Part shown: positions 25,540-34,535 of the stretch, in pieces
Layout: the number at the start of each line of letters is the position of its first letter
Numbering within the stretch: position 1 is the first letter of the stretch
Assembly (NCBI GenBank): GCA_021813125.1
Contig: JAKALT010000003.1
Span: 7,800 to 71,799, forward strand
DNA: 64,000 bases
Direction: 5' to 3'
DNA from: a bacterium
GTDB taxonomy: Bacteria; Patescibacteriota; Microgenomatia; Curtissbacterales; GWA2-41-24
Notes under the pieces: generated by a model
Database searches by the model: none
What the model was told of the DNA's origin: nothing
What the model saw: the letters and a program-made list of their open reading frames with translations, nothing else
Made by a program: the position numbers and the translations under genes

Positions 25540-26469
25540 ATGGCACAAATCTTAGATGGTCGCGCAGTTCGCGATGCAATACTGGAAGATCTTAAAAGCC
25601 AGATCACAAAACTCGAAACCAAACCAAAACTGGTAATCATCCAAGTCGGCGATAACCCCGAAAGTAATACTTACATCGGTCAAAAAATAAAATTCGGCGA
25701 AAAAATCGGTGCAATTGCCGAACTTAAAAAATTTCCTGTAGATATCAGTCAAAAAGATCTAGAATCTATCATCTATCATCTAAACTCTGACCCGACTGTC
25801 CACGGCATCATTATCCAGCTTCCTATTTCCGATCATCTGGACAAAGACGCATTGATAGAACTTATCGACCCCAAAAAAGATGTGGATGGCCTTACGTCTG
25901 CCAACCAAAAACTTTTGGAAGAAAATAGCCCCGATGCTTTAGTTCCGGCAACAGCCAAAGGCGTAATCACAATTTTAGATTTTTATAAAATCCAGATTAA
26001 GGGAAAAAAAGCAGCAGTCGTCGGCCGATCCAAACTTGTGGGCGCACCAGTTGCCAGCCTTTTGAGAAATCTGGGAGCCGAAGTTACCGTCGGCCACAGC
26101 CAAACACCGGATTTAACCGCCGTCACAAAACCTGCAGACATTATTGTAGTAGCCGTCGGCAAACCGAATTTAATCGGCAAAGAGCATGTTTCACCGGGAC
26201 AAACAATAATCGACGTCGGGATAAATGTAGTTGACCAGTTACCAGAGACCAGAGACCAGACAGAAGGTCAGGAATCAGAAAAGGTCAGGCCTTGGAAAAC
26301 TGAAAGGCCTGACCTTAAGAGTACGCGCAAGCTCGTTGGCGACGTAAACTTTGCGGAAGTCGAACCAATTGTCGCCGCAATCACCCCCGTCCCCGGCGGC
26401 GTCGGCCCCATGACCGTTGCATCTTTATTTGAAAACTTCCTCGAAGCCTACAAACAACAAAATGCTTGA
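25540..26469 (+). CDS. folD: bifunctional methylenetetrahydrofolate dehydrogenase / methenyl-THF cyclohydrolase
   Basis: MAQILDGRAVRDAILEDLK...VIIQVGDNPESNTYIGQKIK N-terminus and the PVPGGVGPMTVASL C-terminal motif. It carries an atypical insertion of about 27 aa between GIN and KLVGDV (see findings). Confidence 0.85.
   Translation: MAQILDGRAVRDAILEDLKSQITKLETKPKLVIIQVGDNPESNTYIGQKIKFGEKIGAIAELKKFPVDISQKDLESIIYHLNSDPTVHGIIIQLPISDHLDKDALIELIDPKKDVDGLTSANQKLLEENSPDALVPATAKGVITILDFYKIQIKGKKAAVVGRSKLVGAPVASLLRNLGAEVTVGHSQTPDLTAVTKPADIIVVAVGKPNLIGKEHVSPGQTIIDVGINVVDQLPETRDQTEGQESEKVRPWKTERPDLKSTRKLVGDVNFAEVEPIVAAITPVPGGVGPMTVASLFENFLEAYKQQNA
26233..26260. repeat. CCAG-heptad repeat copy in-frame inside folD
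   Basis: GACCAGTTACCAGAGACCAGAGACCAG encodes DQLPETRDQ. The same 20-mer occurs in dprA. Confidence 0.6.
26281..26317. repeat. palindromic hairpin element copy (in-frame inside folD)
   Basis: AAGGTCAGGCC-TTGGAAAACTGAA-AGGCCTGACCTT, an 11-bp perfect stem. Confidence 0.6.
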
Positions 26470-27055
26470 CGAAAAATTTATAATTCTTGCTGCTACAATA
26501 AATTTTTTTGGAGCCATTGGCTATTTAATAAGTACACTCAAAGGAAAAACGAAACCAAACCGGGTAACTTGGTTGCTTTGGTCAATTGCTCCCATGCTTG
26601 CTTTTAGTGCTCAACTTAAACAACATGTCGGCTTGATATCCTTAACAACATTCATAGCTGGATTTAACCCTATGATGATTTTGCTTGCGTCTTTTATTAA
26701 TAAAAAATCCGAGTGGAAAATCGGCAAACTCGATATTATTTGCGGCACATTATCGCTACTTGGCTTAATTTTGTGGCAAGTTACAAAAATCCCCAATCTT
26801 GCAATAGCTTTTGCAATAATGGCAGACGGTCTTGCGGCAACCCCCAAAATAGTAAAATCATATACAAATCCTGAAACTGAAAATGCAATCGCATATTTTA
26901 CAGCCGGAATCAGTAGCATAATTGCAATCCTGACGATAAAAACTTGGCGCTTCGAAAACTTTGGTTTCCCTTTTTATCTTTTTTCGGTAACTTTTATTTT
27001 GTACGTTTTAATCCAATTCAAATTAGGCAAAAAATTTAAGAAAATCCTCGGCTGA
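26462..27055 (+). CDS. hypothetical polytopic membrane protein
   Basis: About 6 predicted TM helices. The start was chosen at the internal ATG at 26462, which overlaps the folD stop as ATGCTTGA. The ORF track begins at 26417, inside folD. Confidence 0.45.
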   Translation: MLDEKFIILAATINFFGAIGYLISTLKGKTKPNRVTWLLWSIAPMLAFSAQLKQHVGLISLTTFIAGFNPMMILLASFINKKSEWKIGKLDIICGTLSLLGLILWQVTKIPNLAIAFAIMADGLAATPKIVKSYTNPETENAIAYFTAGISSIIAILTIKTWRFENFGFPFYLFSVTFILYVLIQFKLGKKFKKILG

Positions 27056-27184
27056 TATTTATTGTTAAAAACCTCCTCGAAGCCTACGCAAAATAACATT
27101 AGTCTAATAATCTAGATTACTAGACTTCAAGACTAATCTGGTTTCCTTGACCATTAGCCTGTTGCGATTTAATATTAACGGCAA

Positions 27185-28888
27185 ATGTATGCCGATATTG
27201 TTGTCTTAACTTACCAGGCTCCTGACATAGATTACTTTACTTACAAAATCCCCGACAATTTAAAAGTTAAAATCGGGCAACTTGTCGAAGTGCCTTTTGG
27301 CAAAAGAAGCCCCACTGGCATTGTGCTTAGCACAAGCACAGAAGTTCGAAATTCGAAATTAGAAATTCGAAATTTAAAGGAGGTATCAAAAGTTATCTCA
27401 TCAGACCCCATACTCCTCCCTTACCAAGTTGATCTACTCAGATGGATGTCCAATTATTACCTTGCCACGATGGTTAACTGTTTGGAAGTAATGATACCCA
27501 AAATTCCCCCGCAAAAGGCCAGGCCTTTTGCTACAGACATACCTAAGTTAAGGCCTGGCCTTAGCCACGAGCCCCAATCCCTCATCCTCGTCCCCACAAT
27601 AAACCGCATCCCGGAAACTTTGGCCAAATTTCCCAAAGCTAAAAATTACGCCGTTTACCATAACGAACTGAAACCGGCCGGAAAATTCGCAACCTGGATG
27701 AAAATTTTATCCGATGATGCAGATTATGTCTTCGGCTCCCGCTCCGCAATATTTTCTCCATGCCCCAACCTCAAAGAAATAATAATTTACGACGAACACG
27801 ACGGTGCCTACAAAGACGAACGGTCACCGTATTTCGATACCTTAACAGTTGCCCAAAAAATTGCGGCGTTAACCCGAGCCGAGCTAAAAATAGTCGACCC
27901 CTCCCCCAGAATCACCACGTATTTTGCGCTTAAAAGCCGTATTAAAATCCAAAACTTTTCCCAAAAAACAACAGTAATCAACATGCTAAACGAAAGGCAA
28001 AGCCAAAGGCACAGCCCCATAAGTTTCGACTTGGAAGAAGAAATCAAAAATATCCTAGAAAAGGAAGGTCGTGTGTTTCTTTTTTTAAACAAAAAAAAGG
28101 AATCGGGCCATATGTTTTGCAAGGCGTGCAAAAATTCCGAGTTTCTACAAAAACAACCGGAAACTTGCCCGAATTGTAACTCTGCGGACATTTTTTGGAA
28201 TGTACTAAATATCGAATCTCTTGCCGCCGAAGTCAAAAAACTGTTTTCCAAAACGCAAGTCAACTTAATTTTCCAAAAGCAGTCAGCAGTAAGCAGTCAG
28301 CAGTTAACAATAGATATTGGCACCGCCTATTCCCTCTATGCCCCACTTTTAAAAAAGTATGATCTTGTCGCCCACATTCAAACGGATTCGTTAATCAACA
28401 TCGTAGATTTCAATTCCCAGGAAAAACTTTATAGCCAAATCACGACGCTTAAAAAACTTCTAAAACCAACCGGCAAGCTCTTCCTCCAAACCTACAATCC
28501 GCAAAATCCGGCCATTGAATTTGCATCAAATGGAAATTATGGAGCCTTTTTTACAGGCGAGTTATCGCAAAGAAAGCAGCTTTTCTACCCGCCTTTTGGA
28601 ATGCTTTTCAAGCTAACAGTAAAAGGCAAAAACAAACAGAAGATTTTAAAGGAAGCCGAAAATCTCGCGAGTCAACTTCGATCAACGATAAACGATTCAC
28701 GATTGACGATCTTGGGCCCATACGAATCTGTCTTTGTGCAAAAAACACCAAGCTGTCATATAATCTGCAAATACTCTCTCAAAACTTATAATCTGCAGGA
28801 AAGAGAAAAAGCTGTCCAATATTTTAAATCCATAAGCAGTTTGCCGAAAAACTGGCAACTTGTTGTCGAACCTGATTCAATAAACTAA
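27185..28888 (+). CDS. primosomal protein N' (PriA)-like, with degenerate helicase motifs
   Basis: N-terminal 3'-DNA-binding-domain pattern (VEVPFGKRSPTGIVL), helicase motif Ia/II equivalents (LILVPTINRIPE, IIIYDEHDGAYK, GSRSAIF), a Cys4 zinc region (CKACKN...CPNC) and PriA-like C-terminal segments. No GxGKT Walker A and no AGRAGR-type motif VI were found. Confidence 0.55.
   Translation: MYADIVVLTYQAPDIDYFTYKIPDNLKVKIGQLVEVPFGKRSPTGIVLSTSTEVRNSKLEIRNLKEVSKVISSDPILLPYQVDLLRWMSNYYLATMVNCLEVMIPKIPPQKARPFATDIPKLRPGLSHEPQSLILVPTINRIPETLAKFPKAKNYAVYHNELKPAGKFATWMKILSDDADYVFGSRSAIFSPCPNLKEIIIYDEHDGAYKDERSPYFDTLTVAQKIAALTRAELKIVDPSPRITTYFALKSRIKIQNFSQKTTVINMLNERQSQRHSPISFDLEEEIKNILEKEGRVFLFLNKKKESGHMFCKACKNSEFLQKQPETCPNCNSADIFWNVLNIESLAAEVKKLFSKTQVNLIFQKQSAVSSQQLTIDIGTAYSLYAPLLKKYDLVAHIQTDSLINIVDFNSQEKLYSQITTLKKLLKPTGKLFLQTYNPQNPAIEFASNGNYGAFFTGELSQRKQLFYPPFGMLFKLTVKGKNKQKILKEAENLASQLRSTINDSRLTILGPYESVFVQKTPSCHIICKYSLKTYNLQEREKAVQYFKSISSLPKNWQLVVEPDSIN
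27524..27565. repeat. palindromic hairpin element copy (in-frame inside the PriA-like gene)
   Basis: AAAAGGCCAGGCCTTTT...TTAAGGCCTGGCCTTA. Confidence 0.55.
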
Positions 28889-29415
28889 TGGTAAAGCCAA
28901 TCTTAACAATTCCAAAAGACGATCAGGCCTTGCGTCAAAAGTCGCAAGCTGTAACCACCTTCGACAAGTCGGTCGAAAATTTGGTAACCGACCTTACCGA
29001 CACCATCGACGCCCAAACCGACCCGGTCGGCCTTGGCCTTTCCGCACCTCAAATTGGTGTTTTTAAAAGGGTTTTTGTGGCAAGGATCAGAAACAAACTG
29101 AAAAGTTTTGTTAACCCAAAAATTACCAAATTTTCCCAAGCCGAAACCAGTTTTTTGGAAGGATGCTTTTCCGTTCCCGAAATCTACGGTCACGTCATAA
29201 GGCCGGCAGAAATAGATCTTCTGTCGCAGGACATGCACGGCAAAAGTTCTAACATCCACTACAAAGGCGTTCCCGCCAGGATTATTCAGCACGAGCTGGA
29301 CCACCTGGACGGCATTTTGTTTATAGACCATGTCCACACCCAAAACGGCAAAGTTTTCAAAGTAGAAAAAGACAAACGCGGCAAAGAACAGTTTATCGAG
29401 GTCTCACTCCCTTAG
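28888..29415 (+). CDS. def: peptide deformylase
   Basis: Carries the three Def motifs: GLSAPQIG, EGCFSVPE and HELDHLDG. Confidence 0.85.
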   Translation: MVKPILTIPKDDQALRQKSQAVTTFDKSVENLVTDLTDTIDAQTDPVGLGLSAPQIGVFKRVFVARIRNKLKSFVNPKITKFSQAETSFLEGCFSVPEIYGHVIRPAEIDLLSQDMHGKSSNIHYKGVPARIIQHELDHLDGILFIDHVHTQNGKVFKVEKDKRGKEQFIEVSLP

Positions 29416-30935
29416 GAATTTCTCCCAACCATCTTGCCCAAAGCTCTTCCTAACCTTCCTGTTTTAGCACGTTTGTATCTCTGTATGTACTCTGCTTGAA
29501 CATCTTTGATACCAGATCGACGCACGGATTCGGCAATCTGGGCATTAACCGGCTCCAATATTTCTGATTTCTTGTCCCAATTTACCGAATGCAGAGCACC
29601 AACAATCGGCCTACCACCACTCCTCCTTACAAGTCTATCTTGAAGGTAGGCTAAATCACTTTCACTTAAACCAAATAGACCCGGTTTACGCAGGGAAGCT
29701 TCTAGGATTTTTTCATTAATATCATACGACACTTCCTCTCCTCTTAAACTACTTAAAAATTCTTTATAGCCCGGAGATGTTTTAAACAAGTCATTATGTC
29801 GCTCGATCAATTTTGAACTCAAATTAATACCATGCATCCTCTCTTCAATCGCCTCCTCAAGCACTTCTTTTGAAAAACCCATCAAAAGACCAGTTTTCAT
29901 TGCCTGCGCCCTTGCTATTTCCGGACTCCAAGTTACTGTTTCGGTTGGTCTTTCACGAAAAAGGGCCAGCTGGATTGGTGTTATTACAGGATGGAAAAGG
30001 ACCTTGGCAGTTCCAACCTGATCCTCTTTATAAGATAACCTTACTCCGCTGTATGCTTGCATAGGATTTTGGTCCTCCCAAAGTCCTTCTCGAAGTATTT
30101 CCCACTTCAATCCATTTTTAAAATTATCATCATCAGATGCATTTTCATCCCAATCTGTAAATACATCCCTATTTCCTTCAACTATCTTTTTAACTGCCTC
30201 TGGGTTATAAAGGATTAAATTGTCTACCCAACGTCCTTTGTGAACTTGATGTGCATATAACCGTAAATTTATTCCCTGCTCTTCAAAAAATTTCTGCAGA
30301 GCCTCGGGCGAAGCGTGGTTGCTGACAGTGTAAAAATTCTTCAAATCCAAAAACACCATCGGCCTCTCGCCCGATAGCACTTCCAGAATACCTTCTGCTT
30401 CCTGCCCCACTGATAAATGCTTCGCAATTTCCCGCCCGTTCCAAACCTCACGCTGCGAATGCGAACCCACTCCCGCAGGCTCAAACCGCCTCACAAATCT
30501 TCCATTTTCGTCAAAACATGCATCCAATGCCCTGCGGTATGTAGCAAGAGCTTGCTCTCTCTTTTCAGAAACACCCTCCGGTGTTTTTTTTGTGGGAGTA
30601 ATTGTGGTTTCACCTGGAGAACCTGGAGGAACTTCAGGAGAAGATGTGTTAACAGGCGCAGTTTCATCCAGACTCTTTACTTCTGAAAGGGGCTTTCTAA
30701 CTTGCTCAGCGTTATCAGGAGTTGTGAGCTTATCCTTCGCTTGTCTTAACTCGTCCATCGAATCAAAACGCCTATATCCACGTGGGCGCCTGTGGACGAA
30801 TTTTCCGTACAACTCCCGCAACCTGCGTATCCGGCCGTTCGCCGCCGCTTGCTCTGAATTGGATGAAGCTGCACGCTTTGTACTTCCAAGCGAAGCTTCC
30901 GGTCTAGCAGGTTCTCTTGTCTCGAACTTACCCAT
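29412..30935 (-). CDS. hypothetical protein (507 aa)
   Basis: Long ORF with good coding appearance and a basic N-terminus. No family recognised. It interrupts the usual def-fmt adjacency on the opposite strand. Confidence 0.45.
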   Translation of the reverse strand: MGKFETREPARPEASLGSTKRAASSNSEQAAANGRIRRLRELYGKFVHRRPRGYRRFDSMDELRQAKDKLTTPDNAEQVRKPLSEVKSLDETAPVNTSSPEVPPGSPGETTITPTKKTPEGVSEKREQALATYRRALDACFDENGRFVRRFEPAGVGSHSQREVWNGREIAKHLSVGQEAEGILEVLSGERPMVFLDLKNFYTVSNHASPEALQKFFEEQGINLRLYAHQVHKGRWVDNLILYNPEAVKKIVEGNRDVFTDWDENASDDDNFKNGLKWEILREGLWEDQNPMQAYSGVRLSYKEDQVGTAKVLFHPVITPIQLALFRERPTETVTWSPEIARAQAMKTGLLMGFSKEVLEEAIEERMHGINLSSKLIERHNDLFKTSPGYKEFLSSLRGEEVSYDINEKILEASLRKPGLFGLSESDLAYLQDRLVRRSGGRPIVGALHSVNWDKKSEILEPVNAQIAESVRRSGIKDVQAEYIQRYKRAKTGRLGRALGKMVGRNS

Positions 30936-31012
30936 TTAGGCTAATTCAATTGTAAACCTATTCTCTTCCGGATTGAATAATCACTTTGTTACAAGAGTTA
31001 TAATTAAAACTT

Positions 31013-31894
31013 ATGAAACCTATAAAAATCGCATTTTTTGGCACGCCGCAAAACGCAGCTATAGTTCTGGAAAAACTTGTCCAGACAAAGTACAAACCGG
31101 GTCTAATCATCACAACTCCAGATGTCCAACAAGGCCGCGGCCAAAAATTGCAGGAATCACCTGTTAAAACTTTAGCATCAGTTCATGGCATCGATGTTTT
31201 GGAGCCGGAAGATTTGGAAAATCCCGAATTTGTTAAAAGTTTTAAAAATTTTGCCCCTGGCGTTGCAATACTTGTAGCCTACGGAAAAATAATCCCCCAA
31301 GAAGTCTTGAATATTCCCCGCTTAGGGTTTTTAAACATCCACCCTTCACTTCTTCCCAAATACCGCGGCCCATCGCCTATCTACGAAGTAATTTTGGCAG
31401 GTGACAAAAGAACTGGGGTGACTATCATAAAACTTGATCCTGAGCTCGACCATGGCCCGATTCTTGCTCAAAAAGAACTCGAAATAGAAAACGCCGATAC
31501 CCATCAGTCGATAATGGAAAAAACGGCAATTTTGGGTGGCGATTTACTAATAGAAATATTGCCCGGTTACTTGGATAGATCAATAAAACCCAAACCCCAG
31601 AACCATTCCGGGGCCACCTATACCGAAAAAATTGAAAAGCAAAACGGCTTGATTGATTTAAATAGTCCACCGGATCCAAAAACATTAAACCGTATGATCC
31701 GAGCCTACTTCCCCTGGCCTACTGTCTGGGCAGAAATCGAAACACGCGACACGAAAAACGGAATACGAAAATTCAAAATCAAGTTTTTACCGGAAAATAA
31801 AATCCAGCCGGAGGGAAAGCGGCCGATGAGCCTAAAAGAATTTCAAAACGGCTACCCAAATATCTCTCAACAAATTTCAACTTTATTTGACTAA
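31013..31894 (+). CDS. fmt: methionyl-tRNA formyltransferase
   Basis: IAFFGTPQNAAIVLEKL, RGRGQK, NIHPSLLPKYRGPSPI and HGPILAQ align with Fmt. A TATAAT hexamer sits a few nt upstream of the ATG, which may indicate a leaderless transcript. Confidence 0.85.
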   Translation: MKPIKIAFFGTPQNAAIVLEKLVQTKYKPGLIITTPDVQQGRGQKLQESPVKTLASVHGIDVLEPEDLENPEFVKSFKNFAPGVAILVAYGKIIPQEVLNIPRLGFLNIHPSLLPKYRGPSPIYEVILAGDKRTGVTIIKLDPELDHGPILAQKELEIENADTHQSIMEKTAILGGDLLIEILPGYLDRSIKPKPQNHSGATYTEKIEKQNGLIDLNSPPDPKTLNRMIRAYFPWPTVWAEIETRDTKNGIRKFKIKFLPENKIQPEGKRPMSLKEFQNGYPNISQQISTLFD

Positions 31895-31923
31895 AGTTAA
31901 GTCAAAGGATAAAATCCCCCGAA

Positions 31924-32508
31924 ATGGCAGAGAGAAGAAAGCCGGAACCAGTAACCGATTATCTTTTTTTTAAAAAGCTCCGTGAGCTTTATCCCATTAA
32001 GACAGTTTATTATCCAGGTTGTGGTTCAGACAAAAAACTTGAAGACTATTTTGCCAAGGAGGAGATAGTATATCTGGATAATGGATACAGAAGAATGTTC
32101 ATTCTAGACGCCCAACAAGAAATAGAAAGAGGTATAAAAACTGCAGGCAGAGTATCAGCAGATTACGGACGTGCCCCCTTTAAAGATGAAGTTTTTGATG
32201 CCCTTTATTTTAATGATAATCATGCAGATTCCAAAGAATTTGAGGAAATGCTGCGACTCGTTAAACCCGGAGGCCTTGTAATAATAGCTAACACATGTTT
32301 CGGCGGAGTATCTAAGCCTCAAGCTATGAGAACATCAAACCTAAAAAACTTGCGCCTTCCCTTCAGGCATATTGCGGATGCGGCAGATCGCTTAATCGTT
32401 CTTCAAAAGGAAAACGGTGGTGACTGCAAAGTTCCACCAGGACTTTTGGATCTATTAAAAAATATTCCAGGAATCAGTCTTGGTTTTACCAGCGAGCCTA
32501 TTGATTAA
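31924..32508 (+). CDS. putative class I SAM-dependent methyltransferase
   Basis: VYYPGCGSD (motif I-like) and LVKPGGLVII (motif III-like). This is a weak assignment. Confidence 0.35.
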   Translation: MAERRKPEPVTDYLFFKKLRELYPIKTVYYPGCGSDKKLEDYFAKEEIVYLDNGYRRMFILDAQQEIERGIKTAGRVSADYGRAPFKDEVFDALYFNDNHADSKEFEEMLRLVKPGGLVIIANTCFGGVSKPQAMRTSNLKNLRLPFRHIADAADRLIVLQKENGGDCKVPPGLLDLLKNIPGISLGFTSEPID

Positions 32509-32509
32509 A

Positions 32510-32788
32510 TTAGGCGTTGGCTATCTGAGGAATTTTGGGAGTTACTTTTTCTGCTTTTTCGACCTTTTTAGAAACTTTCTTTTCCATTTCCGCCTTAACC
32601 CTGCGAAGACATTTTGTGCAAAGACGCATTGTTTTTCGTACACCTTTGTATGTTACTTTCACCGAATGCAAATTTACCTGCCAGACTTTTCGCTTTTTGG
32701 TCGCCCTCATAGCCCATCCTCCACCATATTGGTGAGCGCCCGACTTTTGGATTACAGATTTTTTACCGCAAACTTCACAAACTCTCAT
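32510..32788 (-). CDS. rpmB: 50S ribosomal protein L28 with Lys-rich C-terminal extension
   Basis: MRVCEVCGKKSVIQKSGAHQYGGGWAMRATKKRKVWQVNLHSVKV resembles the L28 N-terminus (MSRVCQVTGK...). Confidence 0.65.
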   Translation of the reverse strand: MRVCEVCGKKSVIQKSGAHQYGGGWAMRATKKRKVWQVNLHSVKVTYKGVRKTMRLCTKCLRRVKAEMEKKVSKKVEKAEKVTPKIPQIANA

Positions 32789-32917
32789 GATATAAAATTA
32801 AACTCCAATTCTAAAAATCCAAACTCCAAAATTTTGGAATTTGGACATTGGCCATTGCCAATTTAATTCTGCTAGAATATACCATAAGCCGGAATTCAAA
32901 ACAAGGCTAAGCAAATA

Positions 32918-33565
32918 ATGCTGATTTTAACTCTTTTACAAACAAATCCCCTAGTCGCCTTGACGTTTGTTGCCGGCCTTGTTATAGGTATTTCTATTCA
33001 CGAAGCGGCCCACGCTTTAGTCGCATATAGACTTGGGGACCCGACCGGAAAGATTGCCGGCAGGCTAACTTTAAACCCTGCTGCCCACCTTGACCCTATC
33101 GGAACAATAGCGCTTTTGGTTGTCGGAATCGGCTGGGGAAAACCTACACCTTTCGATCCGTTTAATTTAAGAAACATCAAAAGGGACTCTGCTTTAATTT
33201 CCGTTGCGGGTGCAGCCTCTAACTTTCTACTGGCACTTGCCCTCTCCGCTCCTTATCTTATTGCCTACTACACTGGAACGCTAAACCATTCGATTCTGGG
33301 CGTCTATCAAATAATTACAATTGCTATCTGGATAAATTTAATCCTTGGTGTTTTTAACTTAATCCCGGTTCACCCGCTGGACGGTTTTAAAGTTTTAGCA
33401 GGGCTTCTGCCGCGCGACTGGTATTACGATTTTATCCAAACCGAACGTTATGGAATATTTATTCTTATTCTTTTGCTTTTTACAGGCATGATTGGGAAGA
33501 TACTTTATCCCATTGTATCGGTCCTTTTTAATTTTTTAATCCCGGGTTTTACCGCACCCTTTTAG
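32918..33565 (+). CDS. site-2 protease family (peptidase M50) zinc metalloprotease
   Basis: HEAAHALVA HExxH motif inside a TM helix, a LTLNPAAHLDPIGT motif and a multi-TM topology. Confidence 0.7.
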   Translation: MLILTLLQTNPLVALTFVAGLVIGISIHEAAHALVAYRLGDPTGKIAGRLTLNPAAHLDPIGTIALLVVGIGWGKPTPFDPFNLRNIKRDSALISVAGAASNFLLALALSAPYLIAYYTGTLNHSILGVYQIITIAIWINLILGVFNLIPVHPLDGFKVLAGLLPRDWYYDFIQTERYGIFILILLLFTGMIGKILYPIVSVLFNFLIPGFTAPF

Positions 33566-33800
33566 CCTCAATAACCGCTTTTTTTAACTTGACCAATGTG
33601 CTATTATTAAAGTGTTCACAGGAAGCAAACCCTACTTAGGTTGCACTTTAAAAAAGTTTTAGCCTTTTTCTTCGCCTTCAAGTATTATCTCGGGGATCCG
33701 ATACTTGCATTACCGAGGTATAGCGATGAGGATACCCACCTGGGAAAGTCCGAAGAAAAACTAAACCATGCGCCAATAGTAGGGTCGCCATTATCATAAA

Positions 33801-33823
33801 CCAAGCAATCGCTTGGTTTTTTA
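33801..33823 (+). terminator. Rho-independent terminator-like hairpin plus T-run
   Basis: CCAAGCAATCGCTTGG followed by TTTTTT. Confidence 0.45.
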
Positions 33824-33837
33824 TTTGGCCTTGACTC

Positions 33838-33886
33838 AAGGTCAGGCCTTAACCCAGGTTAATCATTTGTAAAGGCCTGACCTTTA
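33838..33886. repeat. palindromic hairpin element copy (intergenic, between convergent genes)
   Basis: AAGGTCAGGCCTTA...TAAAGGCCTGACCTTT. Confidence 0.6.
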
Positions 33887-33920
33887 CAACAGCCATTGAT
33901 ATTTGATTTTTTTTGGAAAT

Positions 33921-34442
33921 TTATTTTGCCCCGACGATAACTGCGATGTCCGCAGAATCTGTAGACTCAAGTGGTGTAGCACCCGCAACAGCCGAATATT
34001 TGTCCGAAAGGTCGGATATCAACTGATCTTTGTATTTTAGAAAGTCCGGCTTAAAATCAACTTCTGTATTGGTGTAGTCGTAATTACTGGCATTACCGAC
34101 AGAAACAACAGTATAGCCTTTGCCCTGCAGCAAATCTTTAACTGCGGAAGCCTTTCCCGCAACACCGCTTCCATTTAAAACTTTAACTTTTGGAACGCTT
34201 CTGTCGAGAGTTTCGGGTTGAGGGGTTGCTTCTTCCATCGGAACAACAGTCGCTTCAGGCGTTGGAGATGCTTTGGCAACAAACGGGCTGTACTTGGCAA
34301 ATGGCCCTATGCCTCTAAAAAACGCAAATGCCAAAGCGCCGATTATAATCAGAATGATAAGAAGCCATAACCACTTGGCACTTTTCCCCTGGGACTCCTG
34401 GTAAATTGGACCGGTTGCCTGCGGTGTGTTTTGATCGTCCAT
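33921..34442 (-). CDS. LytR_C (LytR/CpsA/Psr C-terminal) domain-containing membrane-anchored protein
   Basis: N-terminal TM anchor followed by KVKVLNGSGVAGKASAVKDLLQGKGYTVVSVGNASNY, which resembles the LytR_C domain pattern. Confidence 0.5.
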   Translation of the reverse strand: MDDQNTPQATGPIYQESQGKSAKWLWLLIILIIIGALAFAFFRGIGPFAKYSPFVAKASPTPEATVVPMEEATPQPETLDRSVPKVKVLNGSGVAGKASAVKDLLQGKGYTVVSVGNASNYDYTNTEVDFKPDFLKYKDQLISDLSDKYSAVAGATPLESTDSADIAVIVGAK

Positions 34443-34535
34443 AATATAAACCGACCAAATTGTATCAAATTATGTCAAGGGGGTAAATAAGCGGTCTATA
34501 TTTCATGCTATATTATCCTTATTAACAAAGCTAAA

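Noticed and set aside
28670-28720. ACGAT-type short tandem repeats in the PriA-like gene (CGATCAACGATAAACGATTCACGATTGACGATC)
   Set aside because: It is a low-complexity stretch, in-frame (RSTINDSRLTIL). The copies are too few and irregular to call a repeat element.
33600-33800. RNase P RNA or SRP RNA
   Set aside because: Only a GGAAAGUCCG-like decamer matches. The region is too short for RNase P RNA, lacks the P4 partner sequence and lacks the SRP domain IV GGAAGCAGC motif.
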